Below, in pieces: positions 1 to 10,794 of a stretch of 64,000 nt of DNA; position 1 is the stretch's first letter, and the number at the start of each line of letters is the position of its first letter. This DNA is from Ramazzottius varieornatus (Eukaryota; Animalia; Tardigrada). Both the position numbers and the translations under genes were made by a program. The notes beneath the pieces are model-generated. The model saw only the letters and a program-made list of their open reading frames with translations. It was not told the DNA's origin and ran no database searches. The DNA lies in NCBI GenBank assembly GCA_001949185.1, contig BDGG01000004.1, positions 4,676,346-4,740,345 on the forward strand, written 5' to 3'.

Positions 1-47
1 AACTGGAGTTACTGGAAAAGATTTGCTCGTCGTCTGCAGACCCGAAA

Positions 48-1746
48 ATGAAGACCAACGCAGCAGGTAAGCCGGGAGCATACGTGGGCATTGCCGATCT
101 TCCCAACCAGGTGTACCGCCGAGTGGTCAAGCAGGGCTTCACGTTAAACATGCTGATCTTGGGACGAACGGGCTTAGGAAAACGCACATTCGTCAATTCT
201 CTCTTCGGCGTGAACGTCTGCGACGTCAGCGAGCAAACGGACACTTCTAAAACGCTGACGGTGGAGAAGGAAACCTTCCAGATCGAGACGCAGGGCGTTC
301 GTGTCTTGGTCAACATTTTGACGGTTCCGGGATTCGGCGATCAGATCGACAACTCGGCGGCAGAGGAAGTGGTGAGCAGGTATATCGATGCGCAGTTTCA
401 AGACTACTTCGAGGCTTCACACCAGCGCAAGAGTCAGTCACGACGAGTAGACAATCGCGTTTTTTGTTGTCTGTACTTTCTGCCACCCACGGGACATCAA
501 CTGACTCCCCTGGACATCTTGATGATGAACAGTTTGGGACTACGTACTAACCTGATTCCCGTCGTCGCCAGAGCCGATTCCTTCACTGTGGATGAACGAG
601 AGGCTTTCCGCGAGCTGGTTCGCTCACAACTGAGCCAGAACGACATTCAGGTACGAGTTATTGGAAGTCTGGACATAGAAATATCAACGCGGGGGCCATC
701 TCCTCTGCTAGTATAGTCTGTTCATGTTATGTTAAATTGGTATTACGTAATTTGGCAATTCATGACATGTCTTGTATAGTAAGTACGTCTGTGATGTTTG
801 CAGATATACGTCTTTCCCCCGGACGAGGATGATGGCGACGCCAACTCGCGCGACTCGGACTTTATGCGAAGTCTGGCTCCCTTTGCCGTCGTGGGGAGCA
901 ACACAGTGACAACACGCAAAGATGGAAGTCAAGTCCGTGTTCGAAAGTATCCTTGGGGAACGGTGGACATCGAGTCGCCAGAATGCAGCGACTTGGCCGT
1001 TCTTCGTCGTCTTCTCCTGTTTAACCATCTACCGGACTTGGTCAGCGTCACGGATGGTCTCCACTATGCCAACTACGTCCGTCAAGTGGTCAGTAAGGTG
1101 GGACCAGCTTCCGACTCGCGCTATATTAGTCGTCAGAGTTTGATGAAGAGCCCTATGAAGAACGGCAGAGAACCCTTCAGTTCCCCCATGAACATGGAGG
1201 TAGGTTATAACGAAGGGATCTCCAAACAAATTATGATCAGAAGGAAGAAGAGAAGCGATCACAATACATGAAAGCAAATGCGGAACCGTGATGTATATGG
1301 AAGCTTGGTAAACAAACTCGACGGGTTCCCCAAGCGGCGCATACTGTAAGCCGTGAACACTGTAGGCGTGCGCCGCTTGGGAAAAGCCGTCTTGTGGATT
1401 TTGTTTGCTGATGAGCTTCCAGATGGGGAAATCCAACGTAAGTCCTGTTTTTCAGGTGGACCATGAGGACGTGGAGGCTTGTATCGACAAGATGAAAGAA
1501 GGCTTTGAGAAGTTGTTCGAGCGCAAGATGGCTGAAAAGAAAGAGAGACTACAGCAGATAGCCAAGGACTTCGAGGACCGCTACGGAGACTGGGAGGAGG
1601 ATGTGCAGTGTAAGAAGGCACGTTACCTAGCGGACAAGAAAGAATTCGAACGTCAAGTCCAAGAGTTCGCCAAAGCATATCCTCAGATATCCGATCGTCT
1701 GGTGTACGAACGTTTGAAACACTCTGAAGCGCGTCGGGCGTTCTAG
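48..1746 (+). CDS. Divergent septin, SEPT7-like (3 coding exons, ~429 aa)
   Basis: Exons 48-650, 804-1199 and 1456-1746 join in frame through GT-AG introns. YVGIADLPNQVYRRVVKQGF resembles the SEPT7 N-terminus. DNRVFCCLYFLPPTGHQL, the septin unique element RVRKYPWGTVDIE and a C-terminal coiled coil are present. An acceptor-like CTGCAG just upstream means an earlier exon is possible. Confidence 0.9.
1331..1379. repeat. Palindromic element core, copy 1 (septin intron 2)
   Basis: CAAGCGGCGCAT-N25-GTGCGCCGCTTG. Confidence 0.85.
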
Positions 1747-2179
1747 TCGGGTTCTCGCTTTGCTTGATTCTTGGCTGCGATCGGGTGTTCGCCGGTCGAC
1801 TTCGGCTTTTTGTACGTCGGTCCATTTTTAGGGCAAGTATGTTAAGCACACTAGCAAGTTATTTGATTCTTCTTAAAATCTTTTACCGAAACTGGCACTT
1901 GAAACTGGGCTTTCGTGCCAAGCGGCAACGTGTTATATTATATTAAACATGACGATGTCAAGTTTTGGGAACAAAAGGGACAGAAAAGGAATGACTCGAT
2001 AAACGATGATTATACTGATTTATGAAAGGTTGTAACTGAGATTTATCAAAGGAGTCGGCTTTATTATGACCATGCACACAGCTGAGCCGGAAGGCACCAC
2101 ATTTTGGCAGAGTATTTCCTACTTTGTACCACGTAAGTCGTGCGAAGCCCACGAAGGTCTCCAGGCCGAAGGTGCTGTC

Positions 2180-3682
2180 TCAGCTGTCGGAAGATGGGGG
2201 CTTGCCCATATTCTTCTTGTAGCGAATTCGCTTGTTACCTGCCGGGAAAAATACGTTACATCTGCAGTACGCCTGCTGAAATCGGTACTTGACAGCTGTA
2301 ACAGCTGTAACAGTGCGCATGTTTCTTACCGAACCAATTCGAAACCTGTGGGAGAGAAAGGGCGGAAAAACTTATCTGAGTTTCCACGTAAATGGGCTAT
2401 TCGCAAGCGAGAAGAAGACGAAAACGCATGTAAGAAGACGTACCTGACTAACGGTGATTCCACATTTTCTGGCCAGTTCTTCTGCAGAAAAATACCTTGA
2501 TGAAAATTAAATCCACGGGACGTTTTGCGTATTGCAGGAAAACGTGACCAGTTTGTCGGTCATCGGCGACCTCTAGTTTACTCAGTACCTTTTGCTTCTT
2601 CGCTCGGATACCTGTTAAACCGAATGACACGGTGAATTAGTCTTCGAGGCACCTGGGATGTCTAAAACGGTGTCGAACATGAGATCGTTACTTACGGATT
2701 GGCCAAGTGAGCATAGAAGTAATCAGTGAGAACTTGTGTTGACGGTTTTGGGAAATTCCGTCGTTTCCTCCTACGACAAGGAAGCAATTAAACGTTGATG
2801 CTTGAAATTTGTTATAACCGTATTATTGACGAACCTGGCGTCGAGGGTTCTCGACCGGAGCAACATGACGTGCTCACAGCTCGTTTGCTTCAGCTGCATT
2901 TCAACTGAACCCAGCTTCCCTTCAATGATACGCACAGTCTTCTCAACCTGTTCGCCGGTGATAGGACGAATAGCGGCTTGGTTCAGCAAGAGGTCCCGCA
3001 CATGCTTGGTGAAGCTTTCTCGGTTCTACGAAGGAACCTTTTGTCAGACGCCCACCGACATACTACTGAAATCTTGTGGATCGAATAGTTTACGTCACCT
3101 CTTGATACTCAGCCATGTCAGATTGGTAACTGCTCCGAATGGAGGCAAGCTTGTTGCGGTATTCGGCGTTATCATTGGGCGAACCCATCTCACTTCCGGT
3201 CGAGCTCGAGGCAGCGTTGAGACCACTGGTCAAGGCAGCGTTACCAACAACACTGCCCAGTTTTTCTGGACCACAGATACCTTCTGCTATCAGCATGTTG
3301 TCGAGACGAATCAGCTGAGGGTCAGGACCATCATTGTCCATGTGATTACGATGGGACAAGCCTGAAAAACGTACGTGTCTTTGCGCTCTTGATCAATCCA
3401 TTATCTCAATGAACCTTTCAGCACCCACCTGTCCTTTCTTTCATCTCTTTCAGGATCTCATAGAGGACTGGTCTCATTGGATGACCACAAAGGTTACTTC
3501 TCCTACGAAGAAAGACGCGATGACTATGACTGCGGCTCCATAAACTCAAAGTTGCAGTTAGATAACCAACGAGGCTTTCACCAAAGATCCTCAACGAAAA
3601 TCTATAAGAACACCTACCACACATGAGCCTCATCAATATACGACGAGCTGCTCAGAATATTGACCATCTCCAGGAGATCCAT
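2180..3682 (-). CDS. PBC-class TALE homeobox gene, divergent extradenticle/Pbx paralogue (9 exons, ~267 aa)
   Basis: Exons 3618-3682, 3429-3502, 3099-3361, 2835-3025, 2696-2770, 2589-2611, 2444-2481, 2330-2345 and 2180-2238 splice in frame with GT-AG introns. PBC domain: [31 protein letters not shown]. Homeodomain: [61 protein letters not shown]. Confidence 0.88.
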
Positions 3683-4521
3683 GGTAATCTTGAAATACTA
3701 CTTAAAACCGAAATTCCAAGCAATTCAAGTTCCCGTTCGCTGGAAAAGAACAGGATACTGCTGTGTAGCTTATCCAGTTTTGACGTGCGACTGGTGACTC
3801 CTGACCGATCGATGATTGATACAGAGGAGAGGTAAAATATGGAGCCACATTTCGGAGCGTCACGTCGGTAACTTCTGCCTGAATTCGAGACAGCACATTC
3901 AGCCTTATTTGGGAATGCTCGTCTTCTTTGTTGCCTTGTCTAGTTTGCCCTGCCGAAAGAGTCTGTAGCAAGAGATTCAGGCTGACCGCTGGTCACACCA
4001 ATATCCAATTGCTTCTCTCTCCATGCACTATAGCGACAGAGCAGGAAACAGCCATGCAGCTTTCTCGATCAGGCGAGTAGCGATCTTCTTCAACGAGATT
4101 AGCGACATGGACAGCGGCCATGCGTGCGCAGAGTGAGACGTATGCTGTCCCAAAGAAGGAAGTATCCATAGCGTATAGGCCGGCTGTCAGCACATTCCAT
4201 CATTCGGAAGCCGGACAATCTACAACAGTACGTTTGTAACAGCTGACAAGAGCAAAATTCGATAAAAATGGAAAAGGACGAACGGGGAAAAGAGATCACT
4301 GGTATGTAGGGTTGTCAATAACACCAAAAACACGAGTTCGACCATCTGTTTCAAACCATACAAAATGCTAAAGTGGTCAGCAATGTCAACTGCAGAGTAA
4401 ATGTTAACCCCATCGAAACGAAGGTGCTGAAGTAGACAAAAAGTGAGAAAGCCGTCCAGCGCTAAAGGTTATCCGTTGAGAGAAGTGAGGAAACATTGCA
4501 AGATCTTTATCCACCGTCAGG

Positions 4522-7132
4522 TTATTCCGCATTGTCTTTCCGTAACTTCTTTGCGGCATACCTGCAACTTCAGCTCAATTAGTTTATGCAGAACGGTTTG
4601 ATGTTCCCTCATCGTAAGTTACTTACATGTTGGCTTCTTCCTGGGCCTTGCCAATATTCTTCTTATATCTGATCCGCTTGTTACCGAACCAGTTCGAAAT
4701 CTACGGGAAACAAAAAGACCTAAAAAGTGCCGAATTTGAAAGACTTATAGAGCAGATAGAACGTACCTGACTAACGGTGATGCCGCATTTCCTGTAGAAA
4801 GAAAGCCCATTTTCATTCGGTAAGGAACCCGAATAAGAAAACTGGCAGTAAGCATATCAAAATTTTCATCTGACCTGGCCAACTCCTCTTTGGCTTCTTC
4901 ACTGGGGTAAGGGTTGCTGAGGTGCGAGTAAAAATACTCATTGAGCACTTCCGTTGCTGTCTTGCTGAAGTTGCGCCGTTTCCTCCTGTAATTATATAGT
5001 CCTCTTACCGGTCGGCGCACAACGACCAGCCTTTTGAGCTGGTTACCTTGCATCAAGAAAGCGAGAACGAAGAATCATAACCGCCTCGCAGGTTGACTGT
5101 TTCAGTTGCATCTGTATGGAGCTGAACTTCTTATGGATGATGTTGACCATCCGTTCGATCTCTTTGGGGCTGATGGGACGAGTGCGTCCTTGCTCGTTCA
5201 GCAGGTTGAGAACGTGGTTGGTGAATTCACTGCAAGCCTATAACAGAAAAAACATACCCATGGGCAACCTTGTGAGACTTTGTGATGGAGTTCCGCCGTC
5301 CGGCCGCGATACCAAGTACCTGTTCATATTTCTCCAGTTCCGTCTGGTAAATCTGCCTTATTTGCGCCAGTTTGTTTCGGTACTCGGAATGCTCAATAGG
5401 CGAGCCGAAGTCCGAGCCGGGAGAGGCTCGAGAACTTGCACTAACGCCGGCAGCAACCATTGCGTTCGCTGCCGCACTACCGGCTTTCTCCGGTCCCGCC
5501 ACACCTGCTAACACATCCGTCATGTTGATGTACCGCAGAATGTAACCAGCTCAAACTCGGAAAACAAACTCGATAAGATTGTCTTCCCCAGCGGCCTATG
5601 TTCTCATTGTTGTGGGCTGGAAGCGTGCGCCACTTCGAAAAACGATCTTGACGAGTTTGTTTGCCGAGTTTCCAATGAAACATGCCTTCAGCAATAAGCA
5701 TGTTATCCAGCCGTACTATCTGCGGATCCGGCGGTTCTTCCTCCTGTGTGTTTCGCAGCGCGAGAGCTACAAAACGAAAACGTATTAGGCACTATTACTA
5801 ACGTCAGAAAGTCGCAGATGATCGACTCAGAAACACCGTACTGTACTGCTGCATGAATTTGGCGAATGGCGTCACGGCGAGCATATGCTGTATGCGTCAT
5901 CATACCCGTGAACTTCACACTGACTATGACGTCAGTTCGCCAAGTTCATGAAGCATTGCAGTATGTAAGATTGTCCTCATGCATGCCATATCCTAGAGCG
6001 AAAGAAACGTCTAAACGGGATATTATATCAGACTGGACAAAGCGCCGCCGGGCATGACTTCGTTTTCATATGGCAAATTTCTTGTTACGGTAGTCAGTTT
6101 TGTATTTTTAATGGATGTAATGGTTGCGGGTGTACTCTACAGACAAAGAAATCTGGCAGTCTGTCAATCAGTCAAATGGTTTTGTCGTTTTTGTTACCCG
6201 TAAGAAAACTGCCGAATTTTCGCTAGCGTAAACCCACGGTTATGAATAGAAGGTCACCGCCGTTGACGACCGGGACTTAACCGCGACAGGAAGATTCAAA
6301 GCTACCTGAAGTCTTGTGTGGTGGGAGAGCTTGATGGTTAATGGTGATGGATGAGCGGCTTCGTGACTTGACATAATTACCTTCAACTCTGCAAAGCCCT
6401 CATCCGTTTCGTCAATGTGGACGACAAGCGTCAACAAAGCAAACACCGTAAAACTTTTAAAACTCGAAAAACTTGCTAGATTCCCACATCCTATTCATTA
6501 TTATATCTACCCTTTCGATGCACAATCATCTACAAATTCCGACTGCTATTTTATTTACCTGTTCGATCTTTAATTTCCATCAGAACTTGGTAGAGCGCAG
6601 GCTTCATGCTGTGACTGTTCAGCGCTTGTTTCCTGCAAGAAAAAAGTGGCGATTTATTCAGTCAGAAATCTTTCCCTTAGTGGTAAGGCAACACACGGAA
6701 CTAAGGAAGGACACAAGATGACGACGCTGATCAAATTTCACTTCCTTTGTCACAAGTGCATCTTCCACTTGAGCGGTCAGACAAGCCTCTTCGACCCAAT
6801 ACAAATTCCGCGTTGCGTTCCACAGAACTTTCCACAAGTCGCAGAAATGCCAGCGACTTCCGGTGAAAGGTACCCTATAGTGCATGAGAAGAGGAATATG
6901 GCGCCCCTACTTACCGACTTTGGGCTTCATCCAGACTCTGCGTCGATATGTTCATGATCTGCTGCAGAACGTTCGCGTAATCCATGGGGGTTTTGGCGTA
7001 GTCTGGCCTTGAGAGCGACGGTGAGGAACTGCTGGTACTGCTGGCAACGAACATGGCAGCGTTGGAAGGAAGAGCATATTGACCAGAAGAGGCATCGCTA
7101 TACGATGGCGAGAAATAGTTGTGGTTCTCCAT
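4522..7132 (-). CDS. exd: extradenticle/Pbx TALE homeodomain transcription factor, canonical copy (9 exons, ~332 aa)
   Basis: Exons 6915-7132, 6559-6632, 5686-5766, 5320-5504, 5047-5237, 4875-4985, 4767-4791, 4627-4700 and 4522-4561. Motifs [38 protein letters not shown] and [75 protein letters not shown]. Confidence 0.95.
5553..5671. repeat. Palindromic element copy 2 with outer arms (exd intron 5505-5685); core 5588-5636
   Basis: AAACTCGGAAAACAAACTCGATAAGATTGTC...CCAGCGGCCTAT-N25-GTGCGCCACTTC...AACGATCTTGACGAGTTTGTTTGCCGAGTTT. Confidence 0.85.
6161..6170 (-). promoter_or_regulatory. Perfect PBX-MEIS/PREP (Exd-Hth) decamer TGATTGACAG in the largest exd coding-region intron
   Basis: The plus strand reads CTGTCAATCA at 6161-6170, inside intron 5767-6558. 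Motif match only. Confidence 0.4.
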
Positions 7133-8173
7133 TCTCCCTCGTTTCCCAGTCCAAAGTCTTTCCAGTTAACCTTCAAGGCTCAGCTACGAAGAAATCAAAG
7201 GATCATGTTAGGACAGGTATGCAAATGGGCAAAATGAACGAACATACAGCACACTCTTGTCCATTTTATAAGATTTGTCTTGTTCAATGCATGGGCTATT
7301 TTCGATGCTGGTCAGGGTTACAACTTGTGGTTTGGCTTACTAACTTGTGAGTCGAGCTGTTGGAGAAGTAACGTGAGAGCCTCGAGGCTGCGCTACATGT
7401 TGAGGTAGAGGAGGAGATGTTGTCATCTTGGTCTGCAAAGAGAACATAGAGCTGCATGCCTTTACTATGCGCACATAGACGGAACTGATTTTGTACGAAT
7501 TGCCGTGATCGCCTGCACTTACCCACACAGCCGTACGTTCGCAAGAGTATCCTCCGCAGCATCCCAGATTCCACCATGCGTCAAGTTTGATATAACTTGA
7601 AAGCGTATGCAGAATTCCAGTCAACCGATCGATTTCAAACTTTCAGCTGCTAGTCCCCTCAGCTTCGGCTTCGACTGCCTCAGTTCATCCATTCCCTATC
7701 CCTTAACAGCGACAAGCCTGGTCCACTTCTCCTCAGCTTTGGTGTGATCCAACAAACATTTCAGAGCCGGTCTAATATGTGGTCGACCTCAAGGTACACA
7801 CTTGCAAAATTAGGAACAAACTAACGCGCCGGAAGTAGAAACATCAAAAGTCTAAATTCGAAGAGTTCGAACAATCGAATTCCGCGGCATTTTCCCTGTT
7901 TCCGATTTGACCCCGGCCCCTGAAATATACTAGGGGGCTCCTCTGGTGCCTGGCGCCTAATCAATCAAGATCAAAAACTAATCAAATGCAAAGAATATTT
8001 TTGCCTGGTCATTCCCGGATTCTGCAACCATAACATTATGGAGATTAACTTAAGTTGCCACTCCCGTTCAGTTTGCAACTGTAGCTACAGCCTCGCTCCG
8101 CCCCTTTCGTGACATGTAACTACATTTTGCTTTCCGGAGCTCCCCTTATTTTCGAAAAATAGCGTAATCGGAG

Positions 8174-8392
8174 TAATGTTATTTTACTATGCAATTAAGA
8201 TGTGCTAATGTTAAGTCTACGTGATCAGCTGACTGCAAGTAAAATCAATTATCGCTGACGAACTTCAATTATTGTAATTAAAATTCGATCTGCTATTATG
8301 AATCAATCAATCAAGCGAACACCAACCCGCACAATTAAAACGATTTTAATTCTTAAAATCGATTTCCTTTTATAATGGTTAAAATAACACTG
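8174..8392. mobile_element. Non-autonomous hAT-type MITE (copy A)
   Basis: Homologous to 49647-49909. Ends are TAATGTTATTTTA ... TAAAATAACACTG. Flanks AATCGGAG and AATCGGAA form a 7/8 target-site duplication. Confidence 0.8.
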
Positions 8393-8710
8393 AATCGGAA
8401 TACGGTTGGCTAGCATTGGGAAGCATGGTGGCTGCCCAACTATTCAAAGTTCTGATCAGCTGCTGCGCTTATGAGTGACGTTGCAACTTATCTTAGCTAC
8501 AGTGGGACTTTCATCTGGCGGTGGTAACTCAATGTCTGTATTCTCTCCTCTCATCTTTGTCAAACATCTAGCCACAGACAGTGCTTTCGATTTGGTTGTC
8601 TTTCTGAAGATCAGCCAGCGGAGCTACTGGAGTAAGGGACGAGCGGCGCATCACGCAGTGGACTACAGAGGCTCCTTCTTGCTGGATTTCATCCGAAGCG
8701 GCCATCGAAA

Positions 8711-10124
8711 ATGGTAAGATGACGGACAGCAGTGTTACCGAAATCCTATCCTGACTAGCAGTTGTCTTTTACAGTCGCGGCGCTTTGATACGCGAACCAC
8801 CATCTTCTCGCCAGAAGGTAAAGAGACTGAACAGTGGCATATCGCAATGAAGTCGCAGCGGTGGAACGTGTGTCCTAGATTGTCTTCTTGTCTAGGTCGG
8901 CTGTACCAGGTGGAATATGCTATGGAAGCGATTGGTCAGGCTGGAACGTGCCTTGGCATTTTAGCGATCGATGGAGTGGTCTTGGCTGGAGAACGTCCGG
9001 CCACAAACAAGCTGCTGGATGACACAGTCTTCCGATCGGAGAAAATATACAAACTCAACGAGTAAGTTCGAAAGCTCTGGCGATTCCGGTCTAATGTCTT
9101 TGCAATTAGGCAAAATGAATATCCTCTTTGCTTACAGAGATATGGCATGCAGCGTTGCCGGAATCACTTCGGATGCCAATGTGCTTATCAATAATCTACG
9201 CCTTAGCGCCCAAAGGTATATAGCTCGAAGTCTTCGGTATCTTACGATTCCCGAGCTGAATCTGTCGGTATCTGGTTCCACTGCCTATCTCACCAAGGAG
9301 CACCATAGTTGCGGCGTTAAGCTACATCACTTCTCTGTTTTATTTTTCTAGATATGCATTGGCATACGGAGAACCTATTCCTTGCGAGCAGTTGGTTACT
9401 CAGCTTTGTGATGTTAAACAGGCCTACACACAATATGGAGGTTCGCACTGTGTGTTCTTCCTTGTTGTTGTTTCTTCGGCTGGCTCGTTAATCAACCTAC
9501 AGTAATCTAGGCTCAATTGTCTTACCTACACAGGCCAAAGACCTTTCGGCGTTTCGTTTATCTACATGGGATGGGATAGACACTATGGCTTTCAGATCTA
9601 CCAGTCCGACCCCAGTGGAAATTACAGTGGCTGGAAGGCTACTTGCATTGGCCGTAATGCTGCAGTAAGAACGAGTGATGTCCAGAGCCTATCGTAGCTG
9701 GTGCTGCTTCCTCATGTATTTCATGTCCGCTATACTAAAGAAGTCCGTACTATATTTTCCTGTGTATATCTGTAGACAGCCATCGGGATTTTGAAGCAAG
9801 AATTCGAGCCGGAGACAACAAAGCTGCACGATGCTGTCAGATTGGCCGTCAAAGTTATGCACAAAACCCTGGACGTGACCAAGCTGACAGCGGACAAAAG
9901 TAAACGGCGCAAGTCTTTAATGGTTGTCCGGCGTCTCTACACCTCGTATTATTGCAGTTGAACTGGCGACACTTACCCGAGTGAACAATCGAACCGTCTT
10001 GCGTGTCTGGAATAACGACGAAGTGGAAGTTCTCATCAAGGAAGTGGATGCCGAAGAAGCTCGTTTGGAAGCCGAAAAGAAGGAGAAGGAAAAGGGTATT
10101 TCTCGCAAGCCCGTTCTGAAATAG
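8711..10124 (+). CDS. PSMA4: 20S proteasome subunit alpha-3 (alpha type-4)
   Basis: The first coding exon is the ATG alone (8711-8713), followed by [62 protein letters not shown]...[18 protein letters not shown]...[18 protein letters not shown] and a C-terminal EAEKKEKEK. About 8 exons. Confidence 0.95.
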
Positions 10125-10470
10125 ATCTTCTGAGTCTTCTGTCAGATTCATTCGCCCCTCCAAACTTCTTTCTGAACTGGAAGTTTCATCCTGACGTAGT
10201 CAATGCTTTATCTGACGGTAATCATAGCCAAGGTACAATAATACTGGAGTAAATTTAACAATGTGCTCTGTAAAAAACGAGGCAGACTTCCGACCACTGT
10301 GGAATAGTTCGCAACGACCCAAGCAACTGCGCATCGTAAGACCATATTCAGACCATTGCTCCTCGCGATTTTAGAACACAACGGTTCTTTTTTGAAGACC
10401 GTACTATGCTGAGCACTTGTGTTTTCGAGCTTCGATGACGGAGCGCGTTTTCAAGCTTCGGTCATGAGGA

Positions 10471-10794
10471 CTACGATGTCATTTCGACATCTGTGTCCTT
10501 CGGCAGACTGGTGGGTAGAGGAGTTACAGCTGGCATGTTTCGCTTCTTGGCAGGTGCAGCATCAGTTTCCATCTTGTTAGATTCTTTCTCCTTCCGGAGT
10601 AGACTTTTCATGGTTTTACGCTCCTTCTTCTTGGATATCCGGCTCTGTAGCCGCTGGTGAGTATGCTGGAGATCCTTAATTGTGGTTCGAATGGCTTGGC
10701 TTGAGGCAGGTATACCTTCGGTCGTCAGGATCTTCTTCGCTTTCGTTCTTCTCGCGGCGTCCTTTCGTTCCTGACGTCTCTTTGACAAATCTTT
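10471..10794 (-). CDS. Last exon of a small Lys/Arg-rich protein, possibly C11orf98-like; 5' exons unresolved (~10840-10960)
   Basis: Open frame after a TTGCAG acceptor, with highly basic composition. SKKKERKTMKSLLRKEKESNKMETD and the C-terminal DVEM motif are reminiscent of C11orf98-type proteins (resemblance from memory only). Confidence 0.5.
   Translation of the reverse strand, partial: KDLSKRRQERKDAARRTKAKKILTTEGIPASSQAIRTTIKDLQHTHQRLQSRISKKKERKTMKSLLRKEKESNKMETDAAPAKKRNMPAVTPLPTSLPKDTDVEMTS

Noticed and set aside
2180-3682. Second Pbx copy as a pseudogene or assembly duplicate
   Set aside because: All nine exons splice in frame with canonical sites, and the sequence and intron pattern differ strongly from the neighbouring copy.
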